From the human T2T-CHM13v2.0 reference genome, Homo sapiens, in NCBI RefSeq assembly GCF_009914755.1, contig NC_060938.1: a stretch of 64,000 nt of DNA; one strand, given 5' to 3'. Position 1 is the first letter of the stretch. Every line of letters starts with the position of its first letter. Below the pieces are notes generated by a model. That model saw only the letters and a program-made list of their open reading frames with translations, searched no databases and was not told where the DNA came from. Shown here one piece after another: positions 50,502 to 64,000 of the stretch. The position numbers were made by a program, and so were the translations under genes.

Positions 50502-50764
50502 GACATAATGATGCAAAGAGCTGGAGAGGGTGAGTCAGGCAGGCTAGAGGCTGGACCCCATCAAGGCTCACATTTGGGTTGTAAGGATGGGGAGGCGAGG
50601 CTGAGAAACAGCATGTGCAGCTCTGGAGAAGCCCGAGAGCCTGTTTCTCACATTGGGGAGGCTGGAGAGTGGGGGTCAGAGTAAGAATGAATGGAGACAC
50701 TAGGAGTGCATGCTCTGTTTTCGGTTCTCTGCCTGGTCCCTGCCTGTTAGCCTGGTGGATTCAA

Positions 50765-51045
50765 GGTTGGGCCCTGAGTCAGACAGACTTCAATTGACTC
50801 CCTGTTCTGCTACTCCAAAGCTGTGTGACCCCAGGCAAGTTTCTTAACCTCTCTGAGCTTCCATTTTTTTTGTCAGTAAATTACAATTTATAATCCTCCT
50901 TGTTGGAGTGTGCACTATCTGTATATTGAGGGTAGCAATAGTACCTACTTTACAAGGATGTGTGTAGATTAAATGAGATCATGCAAGTAGGGTACTTTGT
51001 GCAGTTTCCACTACATAGGAGGGACTCAATATATGTAGATGCTAC
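50765..51045 (+). mobile_element. MIR (two abutting pieces)
   Basis: GCTGTGTGACCCCAGGCAAGTTTCTTAACCTCTCTGAG; AATAGTACCTAC..GATTAAATGAGATCATGCA. Confidence 0.85.
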
Positions 51046-52153
51046 AGATGAGATCAACCTAAACCCTGGGCCTCTTTAGGAGACAAAGACCTGGGCTCCT
51101 GGAACAGCCCTGGCCTGCCAGGTTCCTTTCCCCACCTTTCGCATCACACATCCTGATGACCTGTCTGCCTGCATCTCCTCCTGCTTCCAGCCCCACTTCC
51201 CCCTCTCTCTTTGTGGTACTGGAATATTTTCTGCAGTAGCAAACCAGGCTGGGACTTAGTTTAGTGGGTGCATGCCAGGATCTCAAATCACCTTTGTTAT
51301 TTCTCCCCTCCTGTAAATACTTGTAATTGCAAAGATGTATTGAACATGCACTCTTCCCTGGCATGTTTCCAAGTTCTTTACTGGAATTCATGTATTTAAC
51401 CCACACACTATCCCTGGAGGCTAATTGCTATTAATTATTAACATTCCCATTTTACAGATGGGGAAACTGAGGCACTGGGAGGTGAGATAACTTGCCAAAG
51501 TCACATGACTGGTGTGGTCAGCAGCCTCTAAGCTGCCCTTAAGGTTCTTGCCTCTGGTATTCACATCCACATGCAGTTCCCGCTCCCTGTGTGTGGGCTG
51601 TGCCTAGTGACTTGCTTCTAATGGATAGAATAGATCAAAGTGCGGCATGTCACTTCTGAGATTAGGGCAAAAGCCCGTGACATTTGTCTTGCTCATACTC
51701 TCTCTCCCTAGCTCCTTTAGATTGTTTGCTCTGGTGAAGGGACCTACCATGTCAGTTGTCCTCTGGAGAGGCCTCAAGGAACTGAGGACAGCCTCCCATC
51801 AGCAGCCCATGAGGAACTGAATCCTGCCACCAACCATGTGAGTGAGTTTGGAAGTCTGAGATGACTGCAACCCTGGGCCATACATTGGCTGTAGCCTTGT
51901 GAGAGATGCTAAACCAGAGGACCCAGCTCAGCTAGTCCCAGATTCCCGGAGCCACAGAAACTGTGGCTCCTAAAGGGGCCCAGGGTTTAGGTTGATCTCA
52001 TCTGTAGCATCTATGTATATTGAGTCCCTCCTATGTAGTGGAAACTGCACAAAGTACCCTACTTGCATGATCTCACTTAATCCACATACATCCTTGTAAA
52101 GTAGGTACTATTGCTACCCTCAATATACAGATTGTGCACACTCCAACAAGGAG
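50896..52153. repeat. 187-bp inverted repeat pair (50896-51082 and 51967-52153)
   Basis: Hand alignment: 180/187 identical, no gaps, spacer 884 bp. Confidence 0.95.
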
Positions 52154-52213
52154 TCTTGTCTTAAGCTGCTGGGTTTGGGATAATTTCTTATGCAGCAATA
52201 GATAACCAGTGCA
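51513..52213 (+). mobile_element. MLT1E/F-like LTR in an antisense MIR, carrying the inverted insertion
   Basis: TGTGGTCAGCAGCCTCTAAG..GAGGAACTGAATCCTGCCA..CCACAGAAACTGTG | TTAAGCTGCT..GCAGCAATAGATAAC. Confidence 0.87.
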
Positions 52214-52358
52214 ACAAGTAATAGCCCAGCCAGGATTTAGACCTAGGCAGTTGGACTCCAGTGCCTGTGCTCTTGGCCATGTTGCTATATGGTGGATGGG
52301 GAGGCCTTTGGGATTGAACCACTCAGGTTCCCAAGTCATATTTGAAAGAGACAAGTGA

Positions 52359-52739
<381 letters not shown>

Positions 52740-53666
52740 CTTGGTCAATAGAGATTAGTAAATACCATTTGGAAAATGTCACTTCTCCTTTGGGATTAAC
52801 TTAGCCCTGTCCAAGAGAAACATGAGTATGTTCTTTGGGTCTAGAGGAGCTTTATTCTTTAGGTGGCTGGTAGGTGGAGAGAGAGCTCTTCTTTCATAAG
52901 AAATGTGGTGTCATCAGGGGAGTCTTGGGCCCAGAATAGATAACAGTAATCCCCAGTAGTGTTCTCAAGAAATGCTTCCAAGTCAAGGTAGCCCCACGTG
53001 GTATATAACATGGCCCTTCCTCAGTGGCTGGAAGGACTTTGCTTCCAACAGGATCATAATCTTCGTGCTACCTCACTAACATTGGAAACAAATGGAGCCA
53101 ATCTGGATTTATTCATGTGCTCTGTAAACAGTGGAATTCTGCTATGGCTCTGAGGAAATGGGGACATCATAAATTTGTCATTAGGACATTATTCCTTCTT
53201 TTTAATAAATAACTTTCTTTAGTTTTGCAAGAATTGGCCAACTCTCTCAGAGGAAGGCTATGGAACCCTTAGAATTTAGTGGAGTCCAGGGACCATCCTT
53301 GAATAATGAGGGAAATCAACATTAAGGCCAACGTAGTGCATTTGTTATAAGGGTAGGACCCATATGGAGCAACAAAGAAGATAAATGTTATGTTCAAATC
53401 ATAGAAAGCACCATCTGGGTAGAAAGGTAAGATGCCTTGATACTTGAGAAAATATTACCACTTTCAAGTTGGGTTTAGATTGCGTTATCTGCCTCCTACA
53501 ATTAATATCTTTGGGGGAGCTCTGTGCCTCCTTTAAAAGGCCGGTAGATGAAGTAGCTGGCCTCCCTGTGGCTTATGCAGATTTAGGTACTGAAGGATAG
53601 CTGGATCTGGAAGGATCCACATCTACCACAAGGTTCAGTCTCTTTTTCCTCCCAGCTGTCCTTTAA

Positions 53667-53972
<306 letters not shown>

Positions 53973-54327
53973 TGAAGTTGGGTGGATTTGAGTATCACCG
54001 ACCATCCAGTCAGGGCCGATCTTTTGCTCTGTAATGATTGGCTCAGACTGGGGGCATTGCCTGGGCACAGGAAGGATATAGTCAGAGAGAAAAAACTCTT
54101 ACGGTGTTGGAGATGTTTCCCAAGTGAAGTGGAGAACATTTCTGAGAAATAGTCTGAGAAGGAAGAGATCCAGGGACTTCAAAGGGAAGAACATTCACCT
54201 TCAGCCCCTTATACTGCAATTTCATTAAAAAATTGCCCGACTCCTCACTAAACAAAATTTCCCAGACCTGGACTTAGGAGATAGAAAGGAGAAGCTGGTA
54301 AGGCAAAGGTTAGACTGTCCAAGGCAT

Positions 54328-54676
54328 TGTATCACCAGCTCCATTGTTGTCTGGTTGCAAGAAACAGAAACTGACTGAGCCGACCTAAGCAAAACTGGAA
54401 TGTATTGGAAGGGTGGCAGAGCTCACAGAAAGGCCAACCCTCATAAAGGAGCCAAGGCGGCTGAAGATGTGGGGATGCTTGGCTGTTTTCAGCCTTTGGG
54501 TATCCAACTTTACACTCACCGCCTAAGGAGAGATTGGCCCAGGATGAGTCATGTGATTGGCGGTGCCTCCAAGGCTGCAAGTAATGGATGTGGCAGCGCT
54601 CGCCAGAGCAAAACTGGAGAGAAGTTATCAGACAAAGGGTATGCTGGACAAACAATAACAATAGAATATCTACCAA
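54328..54676 (-). mobile_element. Old MLT1 LTR fragment
   Basis: GGTTGCAAGAAACAGAAACTGACT..GATTGGCCCAGG..GTCATGTG..ATGCTGGACAAACA. Confidence 0.6.
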
Positions 54677-55884
54677 TTACAACCAATCTCTCTCTCTCGC
54701 TGAAATCTTCATATTTGTCTAAAAAGTTAGTATCAGGCAAAGACAGCTTTCTTTCCATTGATCCTAAGCTCATCCAACAGAAATGAAACCATCATTCCTT
54801 CATCATGGATAAGCCTCTTTTCCTTCTCAGTCTCCCGTCAACACCCAAGACCCCATTCCAACTGCCGGTGTTCAGTGTGTGTCCTGGAGACATACGCAGC
54901 ACCCAGGTCTCGCTGCCAGGGAGGAAAAGCACGTGGAATTGTGTGTACAGTTGCCCCTTTCTTAGGAGCTTCCTTGGATGCAAATAGATGATTCTACAGA
55001 GGACCAGGGCAGGGCCCAGGGACAGCAGCTGAACCTTATTTAAAAACGACAGTGAGATGTCTGTATTTGTTTGGGAGTGTGATGTGCCGGGGCAGGGGGC
55101 ACTGCGGTGAGGTGTGTGCTATTCTGATGGGGCCTGGGAGTGGAACAGACCAGGCCATTGGTGCCTCACGTGCTACAAGCCTAGGAGCATGAACTTGCCT
55201 AGCCTCAGGCAGCGCCTAGTGCTGGAGGAGCCAACTCGAAGTGCGTCCTGGGAGAGCAACCTCTTCGTAAGAGCAGCCGTAGGGGGCATGCGGAAAGTCA
55301 TCAGGGTAACCAGCCTTAATAAAGGTAGAAGATGAGATTGGAGAGGGGTAGGTTGGAGCAGGGGGGAGTCAGAGGGAAGGAAATGATTGTAGGAGAAACA
55401 GATGCAATTGAGCAAGACTCCTGGAGATGGATTTCCCTGCCTTGGTCCAAACTCAAATCCCTGTGCTCAGATTAATTAGCAAGGAAATATTTTCCTGTCT
55501 GCAGAACAAGGCTGCTGGATTGCCAGTGGGACAGGAGGGTGGGCAGTCTATCAAATAACTACTAATTAGGTTACTTCCCACTGCTGTTGACATGCTGGGG
55601 ACATGTTCCTGGGCCAAAATAAAAGGGGGAGGAGGGGAGAAGAATGGAGGCAGAGTTAGAAGAATAGACCAGGATCCTCTCTGTTCATTTTAGAAAATTG
55701 TTGGCTGGGATTGTGGAAGAACTGGATGCAAACAGGAAGACAACAGAAGAGAAGCAATGTGCTGGTTAACAGACAGCCCAGGGCCAAGACCTGTGTTTGT
55801 GCTTGTATTTTATTGTTTTCTACAAATGATAGGAAAACATGAGCAGTGGTGGGACAGGTGCAGGTAGGGCAGGGATTTGGATGA

Positions 55885-56190
55885 TGCTAATAATGATGGT
55901 GTGTGTTTATTGAGTGTTTACTTTCTGCCAGGCTTTTCCTAAGCACTTCTTTCATCCATCCGCTCAACAAGCATGGGACAGGAGGTTAGGTGATTCATAC
56001 ACATTTGCATCATTTGTTCTCACAACTATGGGGAAGACCATTTAGGCTTTTTTACAGATAAGGAACTTGGGGGGGCTCAGAGAGGTTTCATAACTTGCCC
56101 ATGGTCACACAGCAAGTAAGAAGTGGTAGAGCTGAGTTTTGAACCAAGGTCTGCCTGACTCCAGCCTCACTACCCTTCACCACTACTCCA
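55885..56190 (-). mobile_element. MIR
   Basis: TTTATTGAGTGTTTACT..TTTTACAGATAAGGAA..GCTCAGAGAGGTT..ACTTGCCCATGGTCACACAGC. Confidence 0.85.
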
Positions 56191-56809
56191 CCGATAATGC
56201 ACATTCGACCATATACACATTCTCTTCTTTCTTGTTCCTTTGCCTGTTTCCTAGTTCTACCCTGAAGTTCTCAAGGCATGTTCTTTACTAAGTCACATGC
56301 AGGAGTCTTAACTGTATGGCAAGAGGGGCACCATCATTTTCCCTGAGGTCTGAGGTTTTGAGATCTGGTAGTGACCTTGAGAGGACATCATCATCTAGTT
56401 CCCTGTCTTTAGCCAGAACTGAATTTGAACCATGTCAAACTGATGAGCATCCATCGTATTTGTAGACACCCCTCAAAGGAGAGTTGTACAGCCTATTCCA
56501 CTGACATCCTGACCAAGGCATCTCCATCATGCCTAGGTGGAGTTGGCCTTTTTCCTTACATTCTGTCTTCACTGGAGACCAGGCAGGTGAAATCAGCTGG
56601 GTGTGAAGTGGCCTTCAGCCATGTCCTCTCCTGGGGAATCCATCCCCCTCCTTCCACTCTTTCCTTGTAATTGGAATTGGACCACCTGGTGCCCACGGCT
56701 CTCTGGGGTGAAGCTCCCTCTTGGTGTGTCCTGTTCTTCAGTGACATTTATTTTTGCTTTCCTCATGTCCCCTCTTGCAGTGCTCATCCTGTTGTTACAG
56801 TAGCTATTT

Positions 56810-56950
56810 GTAGCCTATGCACCAGCCTGTGTGTTCTTGGGGCCAAGGACTGTGTCCTATGCTCCTTCCTGTCCCCTGTATTGCATATTGTACCATGAAC
56901 CTAGTAGTGAGTGTCCCATGCATGTTTGCTGAATGAGGGAGTGAATGTCT
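56810..56950 (+). mobile_element. L2 3' end
   Basis: GGGCCAAGGACTGTGTC..ATGTTTGCTGAATGAGGGAGTGAATG. Confidence 0.65.
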
Positions 56951-57944
56951 GACAGACGTTTCATGGCTTGCATCCAGCCTGCCCCTAAATGTTTCCCTAA
57001 TTTCTAATGCTGACACTAGACACCCCACTGAAGGACTAGGGTGTCTAACTATTCCATGCTAAGTATGGGCAAAAGAGGACAGTTTGACCAAGATGCTCTT
57101 TTACCCTTGTGTATCCAAGTTCCCTCTGATCATTAAATGAGCAGAGACTTCACACAGAAGGTGTTGCTACTGCTGCAGATGGAGGTCAGAATTAAGGTAC
57201 TGCTACTGTTGATCTCAGACCTTTGAAAGCCAGACCCAAGCTTGGGGTCTTGGGGATGGGGATGCTAGGGGATGGGATGGCCAGATACACCAGAGTGGCT
57301 GGGAATGAAAGAGTGTCCCGGAAAACCTGCTTCCTCGGAGCCGATCCTGTGTGAGCAGAAGAAATCTATCCACAGAGGGGTGAGATCGCAGAGCAAGTGG
57401 GTTACCTAAAAATAGCAGTGCTGGTTTCCCACAGTTAGAGATGGGTCCTCTGCCATTCATCTCAATTGCTTTGTGCAAGTTTGCTTATTTATTGAGAGTG
57501 AGAGAAAAGGATCAAACCATTCATCCAAAGATGGAAATCTGCAACCTCTTCTACAATGATCAGCCAGACAGATGAGCTGAGTGAGAAGTCCCTGAAATCT
57601 CAGAGGCCTAGGGCTGGCCAGGAGAGTGGGATGGGCATGCTTAGGAGAGTGGGGTGGGCATGGTTAGGAGCTGCCCCCAGCTTGCCCTGCCTTCGTAGCA
57701 GAGTTGATGGTGGGCTGAACCTTACCCCCAACATGGGGACTTTTGCAGGGGAGGCAGACCTGTGTGTACATGTGAGGGTACATAGACATACATGAACGTC
57801 TAGCTCTCTGAGGGAAGAGATGAGATGCATAAATCACCTAACCCAGCACAAAGTACACACAATAGGTGCTTAGTAAATGTTAATTAGGGAGTCAAGTAGG
57901 TAGAAGTTGAGGTCAGGGCAGGAGGAGGCAGGGATAGAGGAACA

Positions 57945-58200
57945 TAATGTGAAGTAGCCAGAGTATTTTTGACAAAAAGGTGTGGATTTTGGAGTCAGGA
58001 AAGCCTAGGTTCAAATCCCAGTTCCACCACTTGTTAACATGGTAACCTCAGGCCAGTTACTTAACCTCTCAGAGTATCAGAGTCTTCACCTATACATTTT
58101 GAGAATGGCATGACATCTCATGGTGTTACTAGGATTATTAAGTAAAATAATATATTTAGAGTACCTGTACCAGCCCGGGGTTCGATAAATTACAGCTGTT
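57945..58200 (+). mobile_element. MIR
   Basis: TTTGGAGTCAG..GGTTCAAATCCCAG..GTTACTTAACCTCTC. Confidence 0.85.
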
Positions 58201-58266
58201 TTTCTTTTTATTATCATTTATTGTGAATATCATGGACAATGAGGTTCCTCAGTTTATTAACAGTTA

Positions 58267-59370
<1,104 letters not shown>

Positions 59371-59863
59371 AAAAGCACTAAAATCAAAGATACCAATTTT
59401 CCCCCAATCGATCCATAGATTTAATGCAATCCCAATGAAAACATCAGTAGGCTTTTAAAAAACTGAAATTGACAAATGTATTCTAAAATTTATATTGAAA
59501 TGCAAAGACCTCATAATAGCCAAAACAATTTTGAAAAAATGCAAAGTTGGAAGATTTATACTACCAGACTTCAAGAGATACTATAAAGCTACAGCAATAA
59601 AGTATTGGCATAAGGATAGGCATATTAATGAATGGAACAGAATGGAGAGTTTAAATGTAGATCCATAGACATGTATGGTCAATTGATTTTCGACCAAGCT
59701 ACTGAGGTTTTCCACGAGGAAAGGTTAGTCTTTTCAACAAATGATGCTGAAAAAGTTGGATATCCATTTGGAAGAAACCCCAAAAACCCAAAAAAACAAA
59801 AAGCCTTAATTCTTCTTACTTATCACAACACACAGAATTCAACTCAAAATGGATCATAGGCCT

Positions 59864-60416
59864 TGGGACAAGTAATATTATGTGTCAACTTGACTGGGTC
59901 ACAGGTGCCCATACATTTGGTGAAACATCATTCTGGGTGTTTCTGTGAGGGTGTTTTTGGATGGAATTAACATTTAACTTGGTAGGCTGGATAAAGCTGA
60001 GTGCTCTCCCTAATGTGGGTGGGCCTCGTCTAATCAGTTGAAGGCCTGACTAGAACGAAAAGGCTGACATTCCTTTGAGTAAGAGAGGATTCCTCCTGCC
60101 TGATGGCATTTGAGCTGGGCTGTCAACTTTTTCCTGCCCTTGGACTTGAACTAAAACACTGGCTCTTCCTGAGTCTTGAGCCTGCCAGCTTTGCACTGGA
60201 ACTATACCATCAGCTTTCCTGATTCTCAGGCCTTTAGAGTTGTCCAGAACTATACTGTCAGCTCTCCCGGCTCTCCAGCTTGCCGACTCACTCTGCAGAT
60301 CTTGTGACTTGTCAGCCTCCATCATCATGTGAGCCAATTCATTATAATAAATATCTTTTCATATCTCTGTATATCTCCTGATGATTCTGTTTCTCTGGAG
60401 AAACCTGACTAATAAA
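59864..60416 (+). mobile_element. MLT2B/D (ERVL) solo LTR
   Basis: ATGTGTCAACTTGACTGGG..CTAATGTGGGTGGGCCTC..TCTGTTTCTCTGGAGAAACCTGACTAATA. Confidence 0.9.
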
Positions 60417-60456
60417 AGAAAAAAAAAACCTTAAACTTTTGTTCATTGAAAGACAG

Positions 60457-60916
60457 TGTAGCAGGCTGAATAATGGCCTCCCAGAGATGTCCATGTCCTA
60501 ATCCTGGGAACTGTGCATATATTACCTTACATGGTAACAGACTTTTCAGATGTGATCAAATTAAGGATCTTGAGATAGGGAGATTTTCCTGAATTACCCA
60601 AGTGGGCCCAGTGTAGTTACAAGGGTCCTTTTAAGGAGGGAGGGAGGAGGGTCAGAGTAGATGTGATGACAGAAGCAGAGGTTGGAGTGATGCGGAGCCA
60701 CCAGTCAAAAAAATGCAGAAAGCCTCTAGAAGCTAGAAAAGGCAAGGAAATGAATTTTCCCCTTGAGCCTCCGAAGGAACACTGTCCTGCCAACACCTAA
60801 TTTTAGCTCCATGAAATTGACTTCCGACCTCCAGAACTATAAAATAATAAATTCGTGTTGCTTTTAGTCAGTAAATTTGTGGCGATTTGTCACAGCATCA
60901 ATAGGAAACAAATACA
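60457..60916 (+). mobile_element. MLT1C/D solo LTR
   Basis: TGTAGCAGGCTGAATAATGGCC..TTAAGGATCTTGAGAT..CAATAGGAAACAAATACA. Confidence 0.9.
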
Positions 60917-60974
60917 GATGCTATTAAGAAAATGAAAACTCAAGCCATGTCTTGCAAGAAATGTACTCTCTCTC

Positions 60975-61056
60975 CACACACAGACACGCACTCACACGCA
61001 CACACACACTCACACACACACACGCACACACACACACACTCTCACACACACACACA
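60975..61056. repeat. Imperfect (CA)n
   Basis: Direct reading. Confidence 0.93.
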
Positions 61057-61849
61057 TCCTGACTTATACCAAGAATACATAAAGAAGTCTCACAGCTCAA
61101 TAAGAAAAACAACCTGATTTTAAAATGGACAAAAGATTTGAACAGACAAAAAAGATATACAAATGGCTGATAGGCACACAATAAAGCATATCATTAATTA
61201 GGCAAATGCAGGTTAAAACCACAAGATCCTACCACATACCCATTAGAACAGCTAAAATTGAAAAGATTGCTAATACCAAGTACTGATGAGGATTTAGAAC
61301 AATTAAAAGTTGCATACATCGCTGCTGGGAATGCAAAATGGTCAACCACTTTGGAAAATTGTTAGCTAGTTTCTTATAAAGTTAAACATACGTTTACTAT
61401 ACAACCCAGCAATTCCACTTTTATTTACTCAAGATAAATAAGCACATATGTCCATGCAAAGATTTGTACATAAGTGTTCATAACAACTTTACTTGTAATA
61501 GCTGAAAACTAGAAACAATCCCAAATGTCCACCAACCAGTGAATAGGTAATTGTTATTATGATATGACAATATCTTGGAATAACACTCAACAATAAAAAG
61601 GGCTGAACTACAGACACACGACAGCATGAATGAATCTCAAAAACATTACACCAAATGAATTAAGTTGGGCCAGAAAAGTATATACTCTATGATTACATTT
61701 CTATAAAATTCCAGGAAAGGCAAAACTAATCTAGAATATCACAAACAAAGTGGTTGCTGGGGCCAGGAGTAGATCTGGGCAAAGGGGCAGGAAGGAGTTT
61801 TTTGGGGGTGAAAGAAACATTCCATATCTTGATTGTGTAATAAGCTGGG

Positions 61850-61966
61850 TGTTAATATTTTAGAGGACCATATGATCTCTGTTGCAACTACTTAATTTTG
61901 TAAACAATATTTAAACAAATGGGTATAGCTGGATTTGTCTCAAGGGCCACAGTTTGCTGATCCCTG
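61850..61966 (+). mobile_element. MER58 fragment
   Basis: CATATGATCTCTGTTGCAACTACT..GCTGGATTTG..AGTTTGCTGATCCCTG. Confidence 0.7.
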
Positions 61967-62149
61967 GTCTAGATCCATCAAGCTGTACTCTTAGAATGGA
62001 TGCATTTTACTGTATGTAAATTATGCCTTAATACAGTTGACAAAAATAACAAAAAATCAAAATTAATATGTAGCTATTTTTGAAGTTAATTTTTTGGAAA
62101 TCTGCATACAGAAAATGTACAAAGCACACGTACATAGCTTGATGAATTT

Positions 62150-64000
62150 TAATTTTAGCATTCTGGTAGATGTGGAATAGTATCTCATTGTGGTCAATTT
62201 GTATTTCCCTGATGACAACTCACATTGAGCATCTTTTTTATGTGCTTATTGGCCATCTGAATTTTTTTTTGTGAAATGCCTGTTTAAGTCTTTTTCTCAT
62301 TTTAAAATTTGGTTGGTTATATTTTTTCCTTACAGATTTGTGTGAATTCTTCATCTACTCTGGATATAAGTCTCTTTGTCAGAGATGAGTTTTGCAAATA
62401 TATTCTTCCAATCTGTGGTTGCTTTTTTACTCTCTTATGGGTGTCTTTTGATGAACAGAAGCTCTTATTTTTAATGCCAATTTATCAATATTTTTCTTTA
62501 CGTGAGTGCTTCCTATGACCCATTTAAGACATCTTTGCTTACCCAAAGATAATTGAAATATTCCTCTATGTTTTCTTGAAAGAGCTTCACTTTTTACCTT
62601 CCACATTTAGTTTTTCAACCTGGAAATAATTTCTGTGAATGAATATCCAATTGACCCAGTTCCATATATTGAAAAGGCAACTGTTTCCCACTTCACTGCA
62701 GGGACACAATTATGATAAATCAAATAACCCTATGTGTGTGGGTCTGTTTCTCTATTCTGTTCCATTAATCTAGTTCTCTGTCTTTGCACCAACACCATAC
62801 TGTTTGAATGAGAGCTTTATACATTCTTACCATTTGCTATAAGTCCTCAAGTTTTATTTTTCTACTTCAAGATTACCTGTTTTTTATTGAGTCTTTGCAT
62901 TTCCATATAAATTTTAGAATCAACTTGTTAATTTCTCTAAAAAACTGCTGGGGATCTGAGTAGGATTACATTGAATATATAGATCAATTCATGTACAATT
63001 TATCTCTTTACAATATTGAGTCTTATAATTCATGAACATTGTATATCCCTTCACTTATTTGGGTTTTATTTTCTCTCAGTAACTTTTCATAATTTTTATG
63101 TAAGTGTTTTTGTGCATCTTTTATTATATATATATTTTTTCAGGTATGAGATTTCTAAAATGCTATTGTAAATTGTATATTTTTTTAAATTATATTTTCT
63201 AATTGGTTCTGGTATGTAAGGGTATAATTCATTTTTGTGTTTTAACTTATATCCAGGGCTTTTACTAAGTTCACTTATTAATTCTAATCATTTATTTATT
63301 TTTTACAAATTTTCCACATAGATAATTATGCTGCCTGCAAATAGTGACTATTTTATTTCCTCATTTCTAATTCTTAAACTTTTAATTTCTTTTCTTTGCC
63401 TAACTGCTCTGGCTAGCATCCCAGCACAATGTTCAACAGAAGTGATATCTGTGGACATTTTTGTCTCATTCTCAACTTCATGGGTAGGAGAAAAGAAGGC
63501 TTTTAATAATTTACAGTTATTGCGAAAGTGAGGTTTATTGTGGGTTTTTCATAAATAGCCTTTTTTAAAATAATGAAGTTCTAATTTATTCTTAGTTTGC
63601 TAAGAGTTGTTTTAAAATCATGGGTAATAAATTTTATCAAAAATTTTTTCTGCATCTGTTAAAATGACTGTATGTTTCTGTCTTTTCTGCAAATATAGTG
63701 AATTATATTGATTTTTGAATGATAAAAAAAACCTTGATTTCCTATAATAACTCTAAGTAGTTGTGATGTATTTTCCTTTTTATATAACTCTGGGTTTGAT
63801 TGGCCTATATTTCATTTTTATACAACTCTAGGTTTGATTGGCTAGCATTTATATTTGTGAGGGATATGGACCTATATTTTTCCTTTTCTATAATTTCCTT
63901 ATCATATTTTATATCTGATTATGCTGACCAGATTATATTCCCCACAAATAACAAGCTGGGAAGTGTTCTCTCTTTTTCTATTCTCTGGAAGTTTGGGTAC
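62150..64000 (-). mobile_element. Old L1M ORF2 relic (antisense, runs off the window)
   Basis: GTATCTCATTGTGG..TTGCATTTCCATATAAATTTTAGAATCAACTTG..TTTACAATATTGAGTCTT..GGGAAGTGTTCTCTC. Confidence 0.88.

Larger units (their letters stand above)
59385..62045 (+). mobile_element. L1ME/MC ORF2-3'UTR relic hosting MLT2, MLT1C, a CA repeat and MER58
   Basis: TAGATTTAATGCAATCCCAAT..AACTCAAAATGGATCATAG ... ACAACCCAGCAATTCCACT..GTATGTAAATTATGCCTTAATA. Confidence 0.82.

Noticed and set aside
49492-50506. Longest ORFs (229-280 aa, Ser/Leu or Arg/Glu rich)
   Set aside because: Stop-free frames of the GA/CT array; no coding signal.
55088-55105. CTCF-like GCAGGGGGCACTG (also near 35563, 44923 and 49055)
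   Set aside because: Each lacks key 5' CC positions or is out of register.

Overview
Primate (very likely human) non-coding genomic DNA, intergenic or deep-intronic. More than half is interspersed repeat: about 20 Alu copies, many old L1 fragments, solo LTRs (MaLR THE1/MST/MLT1, MLT2, MER21, MER57), hAT MITEs (MER5A, MER58) and MIR/L2 relics. I find no credible protein-coding exon, structural RNA gene or CRISPR array. The ORF track is explained by Alu, L1, simple-repeat and chance frames; the only real protein homology is dead L1 ORF2, whose RT motif FADD reads SAND. I see no novel multi-gene system. The unusual content is structural. (1) A 187-bp, 96%-identical inverted duplication sits inside an MLT1 LTR, with a perfect hairpin at its junction (template-switch scar). 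(2) One 14-bp TSD encloses a 3-kb L1PB+L1MA chimera (candidate ancient 3' transduction). (3) One Alu has a fold-back inverted 3' end. (4) An Alu-born 11-bp minisatellite shows higher-order structure. (5) An orphan NF-Y/E-box/GC-box promoter cassette lies near 45.2 kb. (6) Smaller items are a target-site triplication, a 33-bp dispersed copy, and an RFC1-like AAGGG/AAAGG Alu tail. Repeat subfamily names come from recalled consensus sequences and are approximate. Boundaries without TSDs are +/- tens of bp.
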